Notes: a model not told the origin generated them from the letters alone. Counted from the stretch's first letter, positions 13,030 through 25,504 are shown. The stretch: DNA of 64,000 nt from Octopus vulgaris (GCA_951406725.2 OX597819.1:39122001-39186000), one strand, 5' to 3'. A program made the numbers and translations.

Positions 13030-13330
13030 AAACTTCTATGACCCTATGATGGTAAATATCAGCATTACTTTGTCGAAGATCATCAGCATCATGACGTCTA
13101 GCCATATATCTCTGCTTATTTTGCCGATATAATTCGTTTTGAACAGCAGTTCATGCTGATGCTGTTTCACAAACGGAATTCTACGTCGATGATAATTTTT
13201 TGCTAGGGTTTCTATTCTTTGACGAAGTTCATGATGTCTCTTAGAATCAGCTTGTCGAAGAGACTGTCTTTGTCCCTGATGTAGCTCAGACCTCCGCATG
13301 CTCTGCCGCTGCGTCGCTGCTTGTCTTTGT
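13030..13330 (-). pseudogene. Possible decayed transposon ORF fragment (Helitron N-terminal-like)
   Basis: ORF MRRSELHQGQRQSLRQADSKRHHELRQR..TNYIGKI is Arg/Gln-rich like Helitron N-termini; no diagnostic motif. Confidence 0.25.
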
Positions 13331-13568
13331 GAAATTAAAGGTTTATTTTATATGCAAAATTGTTCAATAATAAAATGAATTTTAACATGGCCGTAAGAAA
13401 ATAATCGTTCAACAATTTCTCTGAAATGACTGAATGCTTGTGGGATGCTTAGGTTACTACTGTGTTGGGAGAGAGATTGAGGTAAAAACAGGGATATATA
13501 TATTCATTTGTTTTTTTGTATTCGTTTTTTCTTGTTTCAGCTCAGAGCTGCGGCCATGCTGATGCACC

Positions 13569-13674
<106 letters not shown>

Positions 13675-13750
13675 TGAGGGAATAAAATCCAAAACTTACA
13701 AGGAAAAAAAATTCAATTTAGAAATACTAAATCAAATTTCACACAATATA

Positions 13751-14024
13751 ATATATATATAAAAAATTAGAAAAAAACCCACCTTTTATCAATTCAAAAT
13801 GAACAATTAAATTACACCATCTAGAAAATTACATATAGAAATATTAACATTAAAATATATTTTATTATTATTATTATTATTTTTTTTTGCAATTTACTTA
13901 ATCTTTGAAATTTTATTGTTATTTTAATGATATTTCTACTATATGTAATTTTCTAGATGGTGTAATTTAATTGTTCATTTTGAATTGATAAAGGGTGGGT
14001 TTTTTTCTAATTTTATATATATAT
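13751..14024. repeat. AT-rich inverted repeat (arms about 105 bp) flanked by (TA)n
   Basis: aattagaaaaaaacccaccttttatcaattcaaaatgaacaattaaattacaccatctagaaaattacata occurs with its reverse complement about 60 bp downstream. Confidence 0.85.
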
Positions 14025-14438
14025 ATATATATATAGAAGAGAGAGAGGGGGGGAGGGGGAGAGAAAGTAGATGGTATTTCTTATTGTAAAGAAACTAATT
14101 AGAATTTAGCGAAAAAAGAATGAATATTTGTAATTTTCGTTCGAGAAATTTGAAGAACGGAGATTCACCGTTTTCTTTCTATTTTCCTATAAACATTTCT
14201 CTTTAAAAAATAAATACAAGTTAAATGAATGATTTTAACGAACGTGTTTAGAAATGCATATGTGGGAGGGGAGGTGCATACATACATGCATACTTACGTA
14301 CGTACGTACTTACTAACCTACCTAGAGAGAGAGAGAGACAGAGAGAGAGACAGAGACAGACACACAGACAGACAGACAAGGTAGGCAAACAGATAAATGG
14401 AGAATAACATTTTCATGTCATTATGTTGTAATAAGTAA

Positions 14439-15200
14439 AGGCGGCGAGCTGGTAGAAACGTTAGCACGCCGGGCGAAGTGCTTTGCGGTATTTTGTCTGC
14501 GTTACGTTGTGAGTTCAAATTCCGCCGAGGTCGACTTTGCCTTTCATCCTTTCGGGGTCGATAAATTAAGTGCCAGTTACGCACTGGGGTCGATGTAATC
14601 GACTTAATACCTATGTCTGTCCTTGTTTGTCCCCTCTGTGTTTAGCCCCTTGTGGGTAATAAAGAAATAGGTATTTTGTCTGCCGTTACGTTCTGAGTTC
14701 AAATTCCGCCGAGGTTGACTTTGCTTTTCATCCTTTCGGGATCGATTAAATAAGTACCAGTTACGCACTGGGGTCGATGTAATCGACTTAATCCGTTTGT
14801 CTGTCCTTGTTTGTACCCTCTGTGTTTAGCCCCTTGTGGGTAGTAAAGAAATAGGTATTTTGTCTGCCGTTAAGTTCTGAGTTCAAATTCCGCCGAGGCC
14901 GACTTTGCCTTTCATCCTTTCGGGGTCGATTAAATAAGTACCAGTTACGCACTGGGGTCGATGTAATCGACTTAACCTGTTTGTCTGTCCTTGTTTGTCC
15001 TCTCTGTGTTTAGCCCCTTGTGGGTAGTAAAGAAATAGGTGTTTCGTCTGCCGTTACATTCTGAGTTCAAATTCCGCTGAGGTCGACTTTGCCTTTCATC
15101 CTTTCGATGTTGATGAATTAAGTACCAGTAAAGTACTGGGGCCGAAGTGATCGATTACCCCTCCCACAAAATTTCGGGCCATGTACCTATAGTAGAAAGG
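14439..15200 (+). mobile_element. SINE family C tetramer (one head plus four 183-184 bp units)
   Basis: Units start at 14487, 14670, 14854 and 15038; Nin/Deu-like core gtcgactttgcctttcatcctttcggggtcgat..aagtaccag; TSD attatgttgtaataa at 14420-14434 and 15201-15215. Confidence 0.9.
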
Positions 15201-15218
15201 ATTATGTTGTAATAATTA

Positions 15219-15413
15219 AGGCAGCGAGCTGGCAGAATCGTTAGCACATCGGGCAAAATGCTTATCGACATTTTGTCCGCCTTCACGTTCTGAGTTCAAA
15301 TTCCGCCGATGTCTACTTTCATCCTTTTGGTGTTGATACATTGAGTACCAGCGAAACACTGGGGTCGCTTACATCGACTAGTCCCCTCACCCCAAAATTT
15401 CAGGCCCTGTGTC
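15219..15413 (+). mobile_element. SINE family C monomer, tail interrupted by the MITE
   Basis: aggcagcgagctggcagaatcgttagcac..gttctgagttcaaattccgccg..cccaaaatttcaggcc. Confidence 0.85.
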
Positions 15414-15864
15414 GGATTTTTTCGGTTTGAACGGCAGTTTTTTTCTAGCGGTGTCATATGAAATTGTCACCCATAATTATGACCCTAGTATCGATCTATT
15501 GCATTTCAATCTCTTTTAGGGTTAGGGTTAGATATGGTTAGGGTTAGCGTTAGCGTTAGGGGTGGGGGAAGGGTATCTTTTTTCTTCACAAATGTAAATA
15601 AACCCAATCTGTTTCTTAAACGAGGGACATATTCATACGGCACAGAATGTGTTTTTTTTTTTACCTCAACAGACGTCAGTGATTGGTTGAAATTGCAGAA
15701 ATTGAAGAAAAAAAACAACAAATATCTTACAAACTATAGAATTTTCTCAATAAAGCCAAGAGAAAAAGATGTTTTATAAACACATTCTACCAGTATACGA
15801 AGTTTAAACTTTTTTAGTTACATAGAAATTATGTTAAAAACTGCCGTTCAAACCGAAAAGATCC
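15414..15864 (-). mobile_element. Telomeric-repeat-bearing MITE, copy 2 (inverted)
   Basis: Same TIRs; degenerate (TTAGGG)n at about 15516-15561; no clear TSD. Confidence 0.9.
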
Positions 15865-16709
15865 CTTTCGTTAATTGCTTTAGATCTCGCAAACAGGCTT
15901 AGACACTTCTCGGCACCTCAGTGAGGAGCAGACACAGAATAACTGGCAAAATGAATCAGTGGATCTCGCCTCTTCATTCGGGTGACTGCTGGATCAGAGT
16001 TGACCTGGGGCTACACGAAAGCAAGATTAACTAATTAAGGGAAGCATGGAAGAAATTTCAGAAAGCTGCAAATTTAAGAAGAAATGGGGGTTTTTTTCCA
16101 GTGGGAATGATTGATGGCGGTGGCGGTGATGGGGTATTTAGTTCGGATCGGATTCTGGTGGAGGGAAAAGTGGTTGTGTGTTTGTACTGTTGATAGGAGA
16201 CTAATTGTCATGCTCTTGTTGATGGCTGTCTTATTTAAGCAGTACAAGTCTGGTTTTGAAGTGTCCGTGTTGCATGTGAATGACACGTGCATGGAAGGTT
16301 AAGACAGCGTGAAGCCTTGTATTATTTGCATAGAAATGTGTGTGTGTGTGTGTGTGTGATGAAGTAACTGCATGACAGAATTTCTAATAATTGAAACCTG
16401 AATGGCGTAACAAGTATGTAAATCTGAACTTAATGGAAGCAAATTGATTTCACCAATTCCGAATAGGAACTTTGAACATTTTCCACGCACAGTGACTAAT
16501 AACCAAATGTTAATAATTAACAATGCTATTTTTAATATGGACCTTGTTGAATGAAAATTGCTTGCAAGTGTACTAAGTCAATATTGTCTGCGCATAGCGA
16601 GTTCAAATCGAACATGTTCAGCTAGGATAAGCTAGGATAATTATTAGCACTCCGTTATTTTTAAACTTATTTTTTCCAGACGTATATTGCCTGTCAATGA
16701 ATAAATTTC

Positions 16710-17128
16710 GGATCTTCTCGGTTTGAACGGCAGTTTTTAACATAATTTTTAGGTAACTAAAAAATTTTTTAACTTCGTATACTGGTAGAATGTGTTAATA
16801 AAACTTCTTTTTCTCTTGGCTTTATTGAGAAAATTCTATAGTTTATAAGATATTTATTGTTGCTTTTTTCTTTAATTTCTGCAATTCCAACCAATCACTG
16901 ACGTCTATTGAGTTAAAACGCATTCTGTGCCGTATGAATATGTCCCTCGTTTAAGAAACAGATTGGGTTTATTTACATTTGTGAAAAAAAAAAGATACCC
17001 TTCCCCCACCCCTAGCCCTAACCCTAAAACAGATTGAAATGCCATAGATCGATTCTTGGGTCATAATTATGGGTGACAATTTCATATGACACCGCTAGAA
17101 AAAACTGCCGTTCAAACCGAAAAGATCC
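16710..17128 (+). mobile_element. Telomeric-repeat-bearing MITE, copy 3
   Basis: Same TIRs; exact 8-bp TSD TAAATTTC. Confidence 0.9.
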
Positions 17129-18084
17129 TAAATTTCTTGTTCTCTCAAGTTAGACAGGAAACTTAATGTTTTTTAGAGGAAGAAGAATAAAATTACGATG
17201 TTCATGCTTTTCCCTATACATAGGGCAGAATCGTTAAAACATTTTGAGTTCAAAACCCGCTGAGGACAAATTTATCAAATTTATCTTTAATATTTCCAGA
17301 GACGATGAAATTACCATTCAAATACTATACTGAGGGTTACATAATTGCCTGTTTTCTTCCTTCAAAATTTGAAACCTCATGTACATCTAAGGAAACATTA
17401 ATGTCATTCTATTCACATCTTTAATGCTTTATAGAAATTTATGATGTTTTATAAGTATCTAGGGTACTTTATAGGAATCTAAGATGCTTAATAGAAAATT
17501 GATTCTTTTTAGGAACATATGCTTTTTAGGACTCAAAAATGCTTTATAGGATTCAAAGATGCTTTATACGGATCAGTCCCAGTTCTAGTGTGTCATTTTA
17601 TCGACACCTGGAAGATAAAAGCAAAACTCTAATAGCTTTGTCAAGATTTGTACTCAAATTGTAAAGGACAACAACTAAGCACTACTGAACATATTGTCCG
17701 AAGTTCTAACAATTCTGATAATACACCGTTCAAAAATCAGTCAACAATCAAAATGAAGTCGTCAGAATATTACTATGTAGTTCTTGCACTGCCATCTGGA
17801 GACTGTTCACAAGCATTTATTTCACAATATCCAACATTACTCTCTCACTTCACCCTTCCATTGCAGGCCCTATTACTTTGTTTAACTTCTGGAAGCTATT
17901 ATATCAAATATCTGTATAATTTTGTTGTCAAAATTTTCAATCAAAGATGGCATCTCTCATTCTATAGTTTCCATCGTTTAATATTCCATTCTTAAACACG
18001 AATATATTAAAATAAGATATAATAAAATAAAAATGCGAAAATGTCCGTCTTTAAAAGAAAAACCTAGAAATAATAAAAACAATC

Positions 18085-18290
18085 ATTACTACTATAGGCA
18101 GAAGGCCTGAAATTTTGGGGGAAATGGTCAGTCGATTAGATACACCCCAGTACGCAACTGGTACTTAATTTATCAACCCTGAAAAGATGACAAGCAAAGT
18201 CGAACTTGGTGAAATTTGAACGTAAAGGCAGACTAAATACTGCTAAGCATTTCACCCGGCGTGCTAACGATTCTGCCAGTTCGCCGCCTC
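18085..18290 (-). mobile_element. SINE family C monomer (tail type 2)
   Basis: aaggcctgaaattttggg..ccccagtacgcaactggtac..ccggcgtgctaacgattctgccagttcgccgcc. Confidence 0.85.
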
Positions 18291-18321
<31 letters not shown>

Positions 18322-18326
18322 AAACT

Positions 18327-18840
18327 GATGCTATACCAAGCACTATCTCTCATAGTTTCTGATCTTAACTGATTGAAAGTGTTTTTATGTACATGTTTTG
18401 TCTTTGTATAAAAAGATGGGCCACAGCAAATATTCTGTTCAATAACACAGATTTATTTTGTCAGTTGTTTGACCTTAACCAATTGAGTATGTCTCTTAGT
18501 GGCTGACAATATGTGCATGTCTGATCACAGGCAGGAGTAGTGGGTGGGGGAGCATCATGTATCGAGAGGAATTCTTTAGGGTTTGAATAATTCCCCTCTG
18601 GGAACATAGGTGTTTCGTTCATTATCCTTCTTCAGAGGCCCTTTGAGCAGGATATGTTACTCAACCTGAAGAAAATTCTAACTGAGCCCCACCTGCAAGG
18701 TCGTATGTTGTTTATCTTGATATGAGACCACCATTTTGCACACATGGTTGTGATGCATGTGCCTGGTATGCCCTTATCAGACGAGTAATCATGATGGGTA
18801 TACAGAGTTACTTTGATGGCATGTGCTGCTCTCTCACTCA
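18327..18840 (+). mobile_element. About 520-550 bp non-coding retroelement ending in (TAA)n, diverged copy
   Basis: Homologous to three tandem copies at 20907-22624; ends ctctctcactc-(AAT)n. Confidence 0.8.
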
Positions 18841-18876
18841 ATAATAATAATAATAATAATTATTATAATAATAATA

Positions 18877-18921
<45 letters not shown>

Positions 18922-19469
18922 GAAAGGGACACCGACAGAACAGTTTTGAGGCATTGTAAAAAAACATCACACAAACATGTCTATAGCTTAGATTGACTTT
19001 AAGAAGGTATATGATGCCTCATTCTTGGATCGTTGAATGCCTGCAGATGTGTGGTGCTGCTAACAACATCACAAATTTTCTGATGCATAGCATGAAAGAG
19101 TGGAAAACCAAATTGTACTCAAGTAATGTATTCCTTGGAGAAGTTAATATTAAAAGGGGAATCTTCCAAGGTGACTCGTTTTCTCCGTTACTATTTAAAA
19201 TTGCACTAATACCCATAACAATGACACCTAGGAAAGTTAAGGTGGGTTACCGATGTGGGAAAAAAGGCCCATCATTGAACCATCTTCTGTTTATGGATGA
19301 CCTGAAATTGTTTGGGAAACTTGAAAAACAGATAGATTCCTTGCTCAAAACAGTCCACAAGTGTGGTAGGGACATCGGTATGGAATTTGGGATCACCAGA
19401 TGTTCAGTGCTTAATATGAAAAGAGGGAAGAAAGCATCCTGCAGAGGATTGCGGTTACCATCAGGATGA
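18922..19469 (+). pseudogene. R4/Dong-like reverse transcriptase fragment
   Basis: IKRGIFQGDSFSPLLF..LNHLLFMDDLKLF..DIGMEFGI; abuts (TTA)n. Confidence 0.85.
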
Positions 19470-19598
19470 TGTAGTTGTTTGTTATAGTTTTTTCTCAGGT
19501 GTGGTACCGGTACTTGTTGATGTTGAATATATTTCTCCTGCTGCTCTTTCTGTCGATGCTGTTGTTCTTTTAGTTTTGGATGCTACTGCTCTTGGCAC

Positions 19599-19644
<46 letters not shown>

Positions 19645-20165
19645 AGAGGTGCAGCAGCAGGGTTTTTCTTTGCATGGGGCAGCAAGCCTTTAAATGGTTT
19701 GTTTCGTCACAGTTGTGGCATCTCGGTTTTCTGTCTTCCAAACTTTGTCCCATTAGGTAAATTGTTTAGGTCAGGGATAGCTTCGACAGCCTTTAGATCG
19801 GCGTGTAACTACATTCCCATGCCTGTGTCTGACCAGTTTCCCTTTCCTATTTTGTGGACTTGCAGAATTTTTATTTTGTCCTCTATGCCATATTATACGG
19901 CTGTCACCAGCGAAGAGATGTACACTTCTGGGGGCACATCCGCTACCTTTATTTGACAACACTTCGACCGAGGTATGTCGGGATTAGCCACAAGTCCTCA
20001 CTTTTGAGGGTTGTTGTGGTATTTTCTTTGGCTAATTCTTCAGTTGAGAATCTTACCTCAACCGTGCCAAAGCGTCTCCCACGGGTGACATACTTTCTTT
20101 AAACTCTGGGCTAGTCTCCGGCATTTTTTGATCTGAGCCTGCATCGCTCGCTCTAGTTCCCTCGT
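19470..20165 (-). pseudogene. Gag-like ORF1 fragment of a Tx1/L1-like LINE with a CCHC zinc knuckle
   Basis: Minus strand near 19740-19675 reads EDRKPRCHNCDETNHLKACCP (CX2CX4HX4C); upstream EVRFSTEELAK..LIPTYLGR; frameshifted. Confidence 0.65.
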
Positions 20166-20389
20166 CTTTAATGATATACATTTATATATTAGTGAGTTTT
20201 TTTAGTGGTTTCTTTCACTCCATCCGGTATATTGGGGGAAACTGTTCTACTATTCTTTGTTAAATACAGCTTAGCGTCGCACAACATTTTTTGTGTCAAT
20301 TTGACTTATTGCATTTTCCAACAAGCATGTGTTAAACCGTTTTCCATTCTGCTTAGAAAAAAGAGTAGCTGTTGTCGTTTTATTAATGG

Positions 20390-20520
20390 TTGTGGTAGTG
20401 GTGACGGCGGTAGCGGTAGTGGTAGTGGTGATGGCGGGGGTCAGGCTTGCGTCAGTTTTAAATGTATTTTGCTCGTCGCTGCTGCTTCTTCTGTAGCAGC
20501 AGCAGCAGCAGCAGCAGCAG

Positions 20521-20566
<46 letters not shown>

Positions 20567-20570
20567 TGTT

Positions 20571-20605
<35 letters not shown>

Positions 20606-20625
20606 ATTGTTACTGCTACTACTGC
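20390..20625. repeat. Compound trinucleotide microsatellite (GGT/CAG/TAG/TTG)
   Basis: Directly visible. Confidence 0.9.
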
Positions 20626-20849
20626 TTCGTTTTTCGACCACGTCGACAAGTGGTTGGAAAACAATGCCATAGTAGCTATTCCAACAGCCATCGCTTCCCT
20701 CGATATGGGAAGCCATTTTGATATTTTTGTTTGAAAATACTAAATTTGAAATTTCAAAATTCACCCTTAGAGGGCTATAACGAATAATAAAAAAAATGTT
20801 TAAAGAAATTTTGCGAGTCACGAGCACACATCCTCTTTCTCAAGACACA

Positions 20850-20906
<57 letters not shown>

Positions 20907-20907
<1 letters not shown>

Positions 20908-21413
20908 GATGGGCTACAACAAATATTCTGTTCAATACCACAGATTTGCTTGTCAGAAGTTTGATCTTAACCAGTTGAGCATGTCCCTTAGTGGCTGACG
21001 ATATGCGTATATCTGATCATGAGCAGAAGTAGTGGGGGAGCATCATAGCCATATATTGAAAGGAATTCTTTGGGGTTTGGATAATTTACCTTTGGGAACA
21101 TGGGTGTTTCGTTCAACATCCTTAAACAACCCTTATTCAGGGATCATTTAAGTGGGATAGGCTACTCGACCTGAAGAAAATTCTAACTGAGCCCTACCTG
21201 CAAGGTCATGCGCTGTTTATCTTAATATAAGATCACCATATCGCGCACATATGGTTGTGAGGCATGTGCCTGATATACCTTTATCAGACGGGCAGGCATG
21301 ATGAGTACTGGGCTTCGTATATTTTACTCCAGTGTCACTTTGACGGCATGCACTGCTCTCTCACTCAGTAATAATAATGATAATTATACTACTACTACTA
21401 CTACTACTACTAC

Positions 21414-21479
<66 letters not shown>

Positions 21480-22622
21480 TAATAATAATAATAATAATAT
21501 GCAGTACCAGGCAGTGGCTCTCATGGCTTTTGATCTTAACTTATTGAAAGTGTTATCATGTACAATGATTTGTCATGGTATAAAAGATGGGCTACAGCAG
21601 ATATTCTGCTCAATACCACAGATTTGCTTGTCAGTTGTTTGACCATAATCAGTTGACCATGTCCCTTAGTGGCTGACGATATGTGCATCTCTGATCACGA
21701 GCAGAAGTAGTTGGGGAGCATCATAGCCATGTGTTGAGAAGGATTCTTTGGAGTTTGAATAATTCACCTCTGGAAACATGGGTGTTTTGTTCAACGTCCT
21801 TAAACAACCCTTATTCAGGGACCTTTTGAGCGGGATGGGTTACTCGATCTGAAGAAAATTCTAACTGGGCTCCACCTGCAAGGTCATGTGCTGTTTATCT
21901 TGATATGAGATCACCATGTCGCGCACATATGGTTGTGATGCATGTGCCTGGTGTACCCTTATCAGACGGGTAGTCATGATGGGTATACTGGGCTTCGTAT
22001 ATTTTACCCCAGTGTCACTTTGATGGCATGCTCTGCTCGCTCACTCAATAATAATAATAATAACAATAATAATAATGATAATAATAATAATAATATGCAG
22101 TACCAGGCAGTGGCTCTCATGGCTTTTGATCTTAACTTATTGAAAGTGTTATCATGTACAATGATTTGTCATGGTATAAAAGATGGGCTACAGCAGATAT
22201 TCTGCTCAATACCACAGATTTGCTTGTCAGTTGTTTGACCTTAACCAGTTGACCATGTACCTTAGTGGCTGACGATATGTGCATCTCTGATCACGAGCAG
22301 AAGTAGTGGGGGAGCATCATAGCCGTGTGTTGAAATGAATTGTTAGCGGTTTGGATAATTCACCTTTGGAAACATGGGTGTTTCGTTCAACATCCTTAAA
22401 CAATCCTTATTCAGGGACCTTTTGAGCTGGTTAGGCTACACGAGCAGAAGAAATTCTAACTGGGCCCCACCTGCAAGGTCATGTACTGTTTATCTAGATA
22501 TGAGATCACCATGTCGCGCACATATGGTTGTGAGGCATGTTGTGAGGGTAGCCATGATGGGTATACTGGGCTTCGTATATTTTACCCCAGTGTCACTTTG
22601 ATGGCATGCACTGCTCTCTCAC

Positions 22623-22624
<2 letters not shown>
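20907..22624 (+). mobile_element. Head-to-tail array of three copies of the ~550-bp element separated by (TAA)n
   Basis: Copies at 20907-21366 (5' truncated), 21499-22046 and 22095-22624, each followed by (AAT)n. Confidence 0.9.
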
Positions 22625-22669
<45 letters not shown>

Positions 22670-23618
22670 TAATCAGTAACAAAGACTATTCTTGGTAATA
22701 CTTTGTCGCCATAGAAACAGAAATGTATTTCATTCGTATCAAACTGTTTATTGAACTGATGGAATTCGATGGGTTGTCAGTTCTTTTGTGAATAGTTCAA
22801 TGAATGGTTTCGTGAGCTTTACTGTTTAGATGGCATATTTCGTTTTTACCTGTACATTGATAAACTCTTTAATCGGAGAGAACTTCGATTAACAATAGCT
22901 GCCAGCTCTTTTATAACTGCGATGATAACGTTTGCATACAATCAATAGCTTCATTGATAATTTGCTGCTGTTGTTGTTGTTGTTGTTGTTATTGTTGTTG
23001 TTGCTTTTGTTGCGTGTCTGTGAGTGCATGTGTGTGCATGTGTGTGTGTGTGTGTGTGTGTGTGTTCGTGCGTGTGCGTATGTGTTTGTGTGTGTGTATT
23101 TCCTGGGGTTTGTTTTAGTTTGCAAAGGCAATATTTGATATGAGAATAGCTGTTGCTGTTCCTCTGATGATAATCTTCGATGACCTTAACACAAACTTGA
23201 ACTAGAAATATTTATGAAAGATAACAACGTCGTATACACCTCGATTTATATTCTGTACGTAAAATTAAGATTCAGGCAGAATACGATGGAAAAACTGTAC
23301 TTTAAAATAATATTTTGACAATCTTTCGAACTAGGCATATAAAATGGATGAGCACAAAGGGAAAGAATGTGAGTAAAAGAAAAGTATTATCGTTCATAAT
23401 CGACAATGAAATTAAAGGGGAATATACCTGATTTAACTATATCTGTATTTAAATTCTGAAGGATAATTACTAGACTGGATGTTAATGAGTAATACTTATT
23501 TGTAAGTTTTTTGTTAAAATCTCTGAAGTAAAATAGAATAATGATGTTCACACCTTTGATGAGAACCCAATAAGGTTTGAAAATCAATTAAGGCTGTTCA
23601 GCATTTTTTCTATTTTAT

Positions 23619-23958
23619 AGACGCAGGAGTGGCTGTGTGGTAAGTAGCTTGTTTACCAAACCACATGGTTCCGGGTTCAGTCCCACTCCGTTACACCTTG
23701 GGCAAGTGTCTTCTACTATAGCCTCAGGCCGACTAAAGCCATGTGAGTAGATTTGGCAGACGGAAACTGAAAGAAGCGCGTCGTATATATGTATATATTT
23801 ATGTTTGTGTGTCTGTGTTTGTCCCCCCATCATTGCTTGTCAACCGATGGTTGTGTGATTACGTCCTCGTAACTTAACGGTTCGGCAAAAGAGACCGATA
23901 GAATAAGTACTAAGTCTCCAAAGAATAAGTCCTGGGATCGATTTGCTCGACTAAAGGC
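23619..23958 (+). mobile_element. SINE family B, 3' truncated
   Basis: agacgcaggagtggctgtgtggtaag..caccttgggcaagtgtcttc..gctcgactaaaggc. Confidence 0.9.
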
Positions 23959-23959
23959 A

Positions 23960-24338
23960 GGTATTTAAAAGGAGAAATTTGACAAGACAGTCAGTCACCG
24001 GCTGACACTCGCTGACGATACATCGAAGAGGCCAGGGAACAGAAGAAAGAAGACATGCACCCAACACCAGAGCTGAAGACACCTCGGTAGAGGAGTAGGG
24101 GCCGAAACCGGGCGTGGTTCCTCCTGATGATGTCTTGAGCTAACTGGATCCTATAAAGGAGCTATTGTGGTAGCAGACCACGAAACACGGTTGTAATTCC
24201 TCCTTAATATTAAAGGAGTTCCGCATAAATACCAATACCATTTGATACTTAGGGAGATAGAATTAACAGGTGATAACCAACAAGAAGCTTAGGAACTTTT
24301 AAGCGCGCATGACGAGGTTTTTGCCCAAACTAAACTAA

Positions 24339-24343
<5 letters not shown>
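23960..24343 (+). mobile_element. Putative Penelope-like fragment with degenerate hammerhead-like cores, ending in (TA)n
   Basis: CTGAAGA..GAAACC..GGTT at 24073-24119 and CTGATGA..GAAACA..TGTA at 24124-24195; abuts (TA)n. Confidence 0.4.
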
Positions 24344-24418
<75 letters not shown>

Positions 24419-24852
24419 CAATCTAAAAGCCTGATAAACTCTACATTTTTTTAATTTTTTTATTTGCACTACCCAGTTATAAGCAACGGGAGGTGCCTTT
24501 TCGGTATCAAAAGATCTTTTGCAAATTTATGAATTGTTTTCAAATCGCTCTCCCTAACTCAGTACTGATTTTGGCCTTTTGGTGGGGAAGCAATACGCAC
24601 TTAAAAACGATGAGGGAAGCCTTGAAAGTTTAAAAAAAGGAAAAAAATTTTGGAAACACTGATAACCAACACAACTCTCACTTCCTTTCTTTTTTCAAAC
24701 AGAAAATGAAACATAATTTTAAAACAATATTGAAATCTTTTAAAATTTTTTATAAATCCTAAAGTTTCGGCTTTTTCCATTTTATCTATTTATTTTTTAA
24801 TCATAGTTTTAAAATACTGACAGTCCGTATCTGCAATTTGTTCCCACTCAGT

Positions 24853-25245
24853 TATTGTTTCAGTCATTTGACTGCGGCCATGCTGGAGCACAACCTTTAG
24901 TCGAGCAAATCGACCCCGGGACTTATTCTTTGTAAGCCCAGTACTTATTCTATCGGTCTCTTTCGCCGAACTGCTAGGTGACGGGGACATAAACACACTA
25001 CCATCGGTTGTCAAACAATGCGAGGGGGAAAAACACAGACACACAAACACACACATACATATATATATATATACATATATACGACATGCTTCTTTCAGTT
25101 TCCGTCTACCAAATCCACTCACAAGGCATTGGTCGGCCCGAGGCTATAGCAGAAGACACTTGCCCAAGATGCCACGCAGTGGGACTGAACCCGGAACCAT
25201 GTGGTTGGTTAGCAAGCTACTTACCACACAGCCACTCCTGCGCCT
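24853..25245 (-). mobile_element. SINE family B
   Basis: Full match to other family B copies. Confidence 0.9.
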
Positions 25246-25504
25246 ATTAATAATCTGTTAATAATTTTAAAATAATTTTCAGGTGAACAGGTGTGTAATT
25301 TAAGGGAGATTTAGCTGTTGTTTCCAGAACAACCCATGACCACCTTACTTGTTTTTTTCTCCCTCTACCGTGTACTGGATGTTTTTCAATATTTTTCTCC
25401 CCATAAACACATTTTCTGTAACGTAAGCAACAGCGACAAAAAAAATTTGTAATTTAAATTTCGTATCCCCTCACCCCGTCATCGAGCGAGTCTGCGTGTG
25501 AGTA

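Noticed and set aside
14439-15200. Regular tandem array resembling CRISPR
   Set aside because: Whole 184-bp units repeat with no unique spacers, there are no cas genes, and the context is a eukaryotic SINE
20205-20827. Low-complexity host exon (poly-A/V/L or poly-S/N/T)
   Set aside because: Compound trinucleotide repeats are open in several frames; no recognisable domain or splice support
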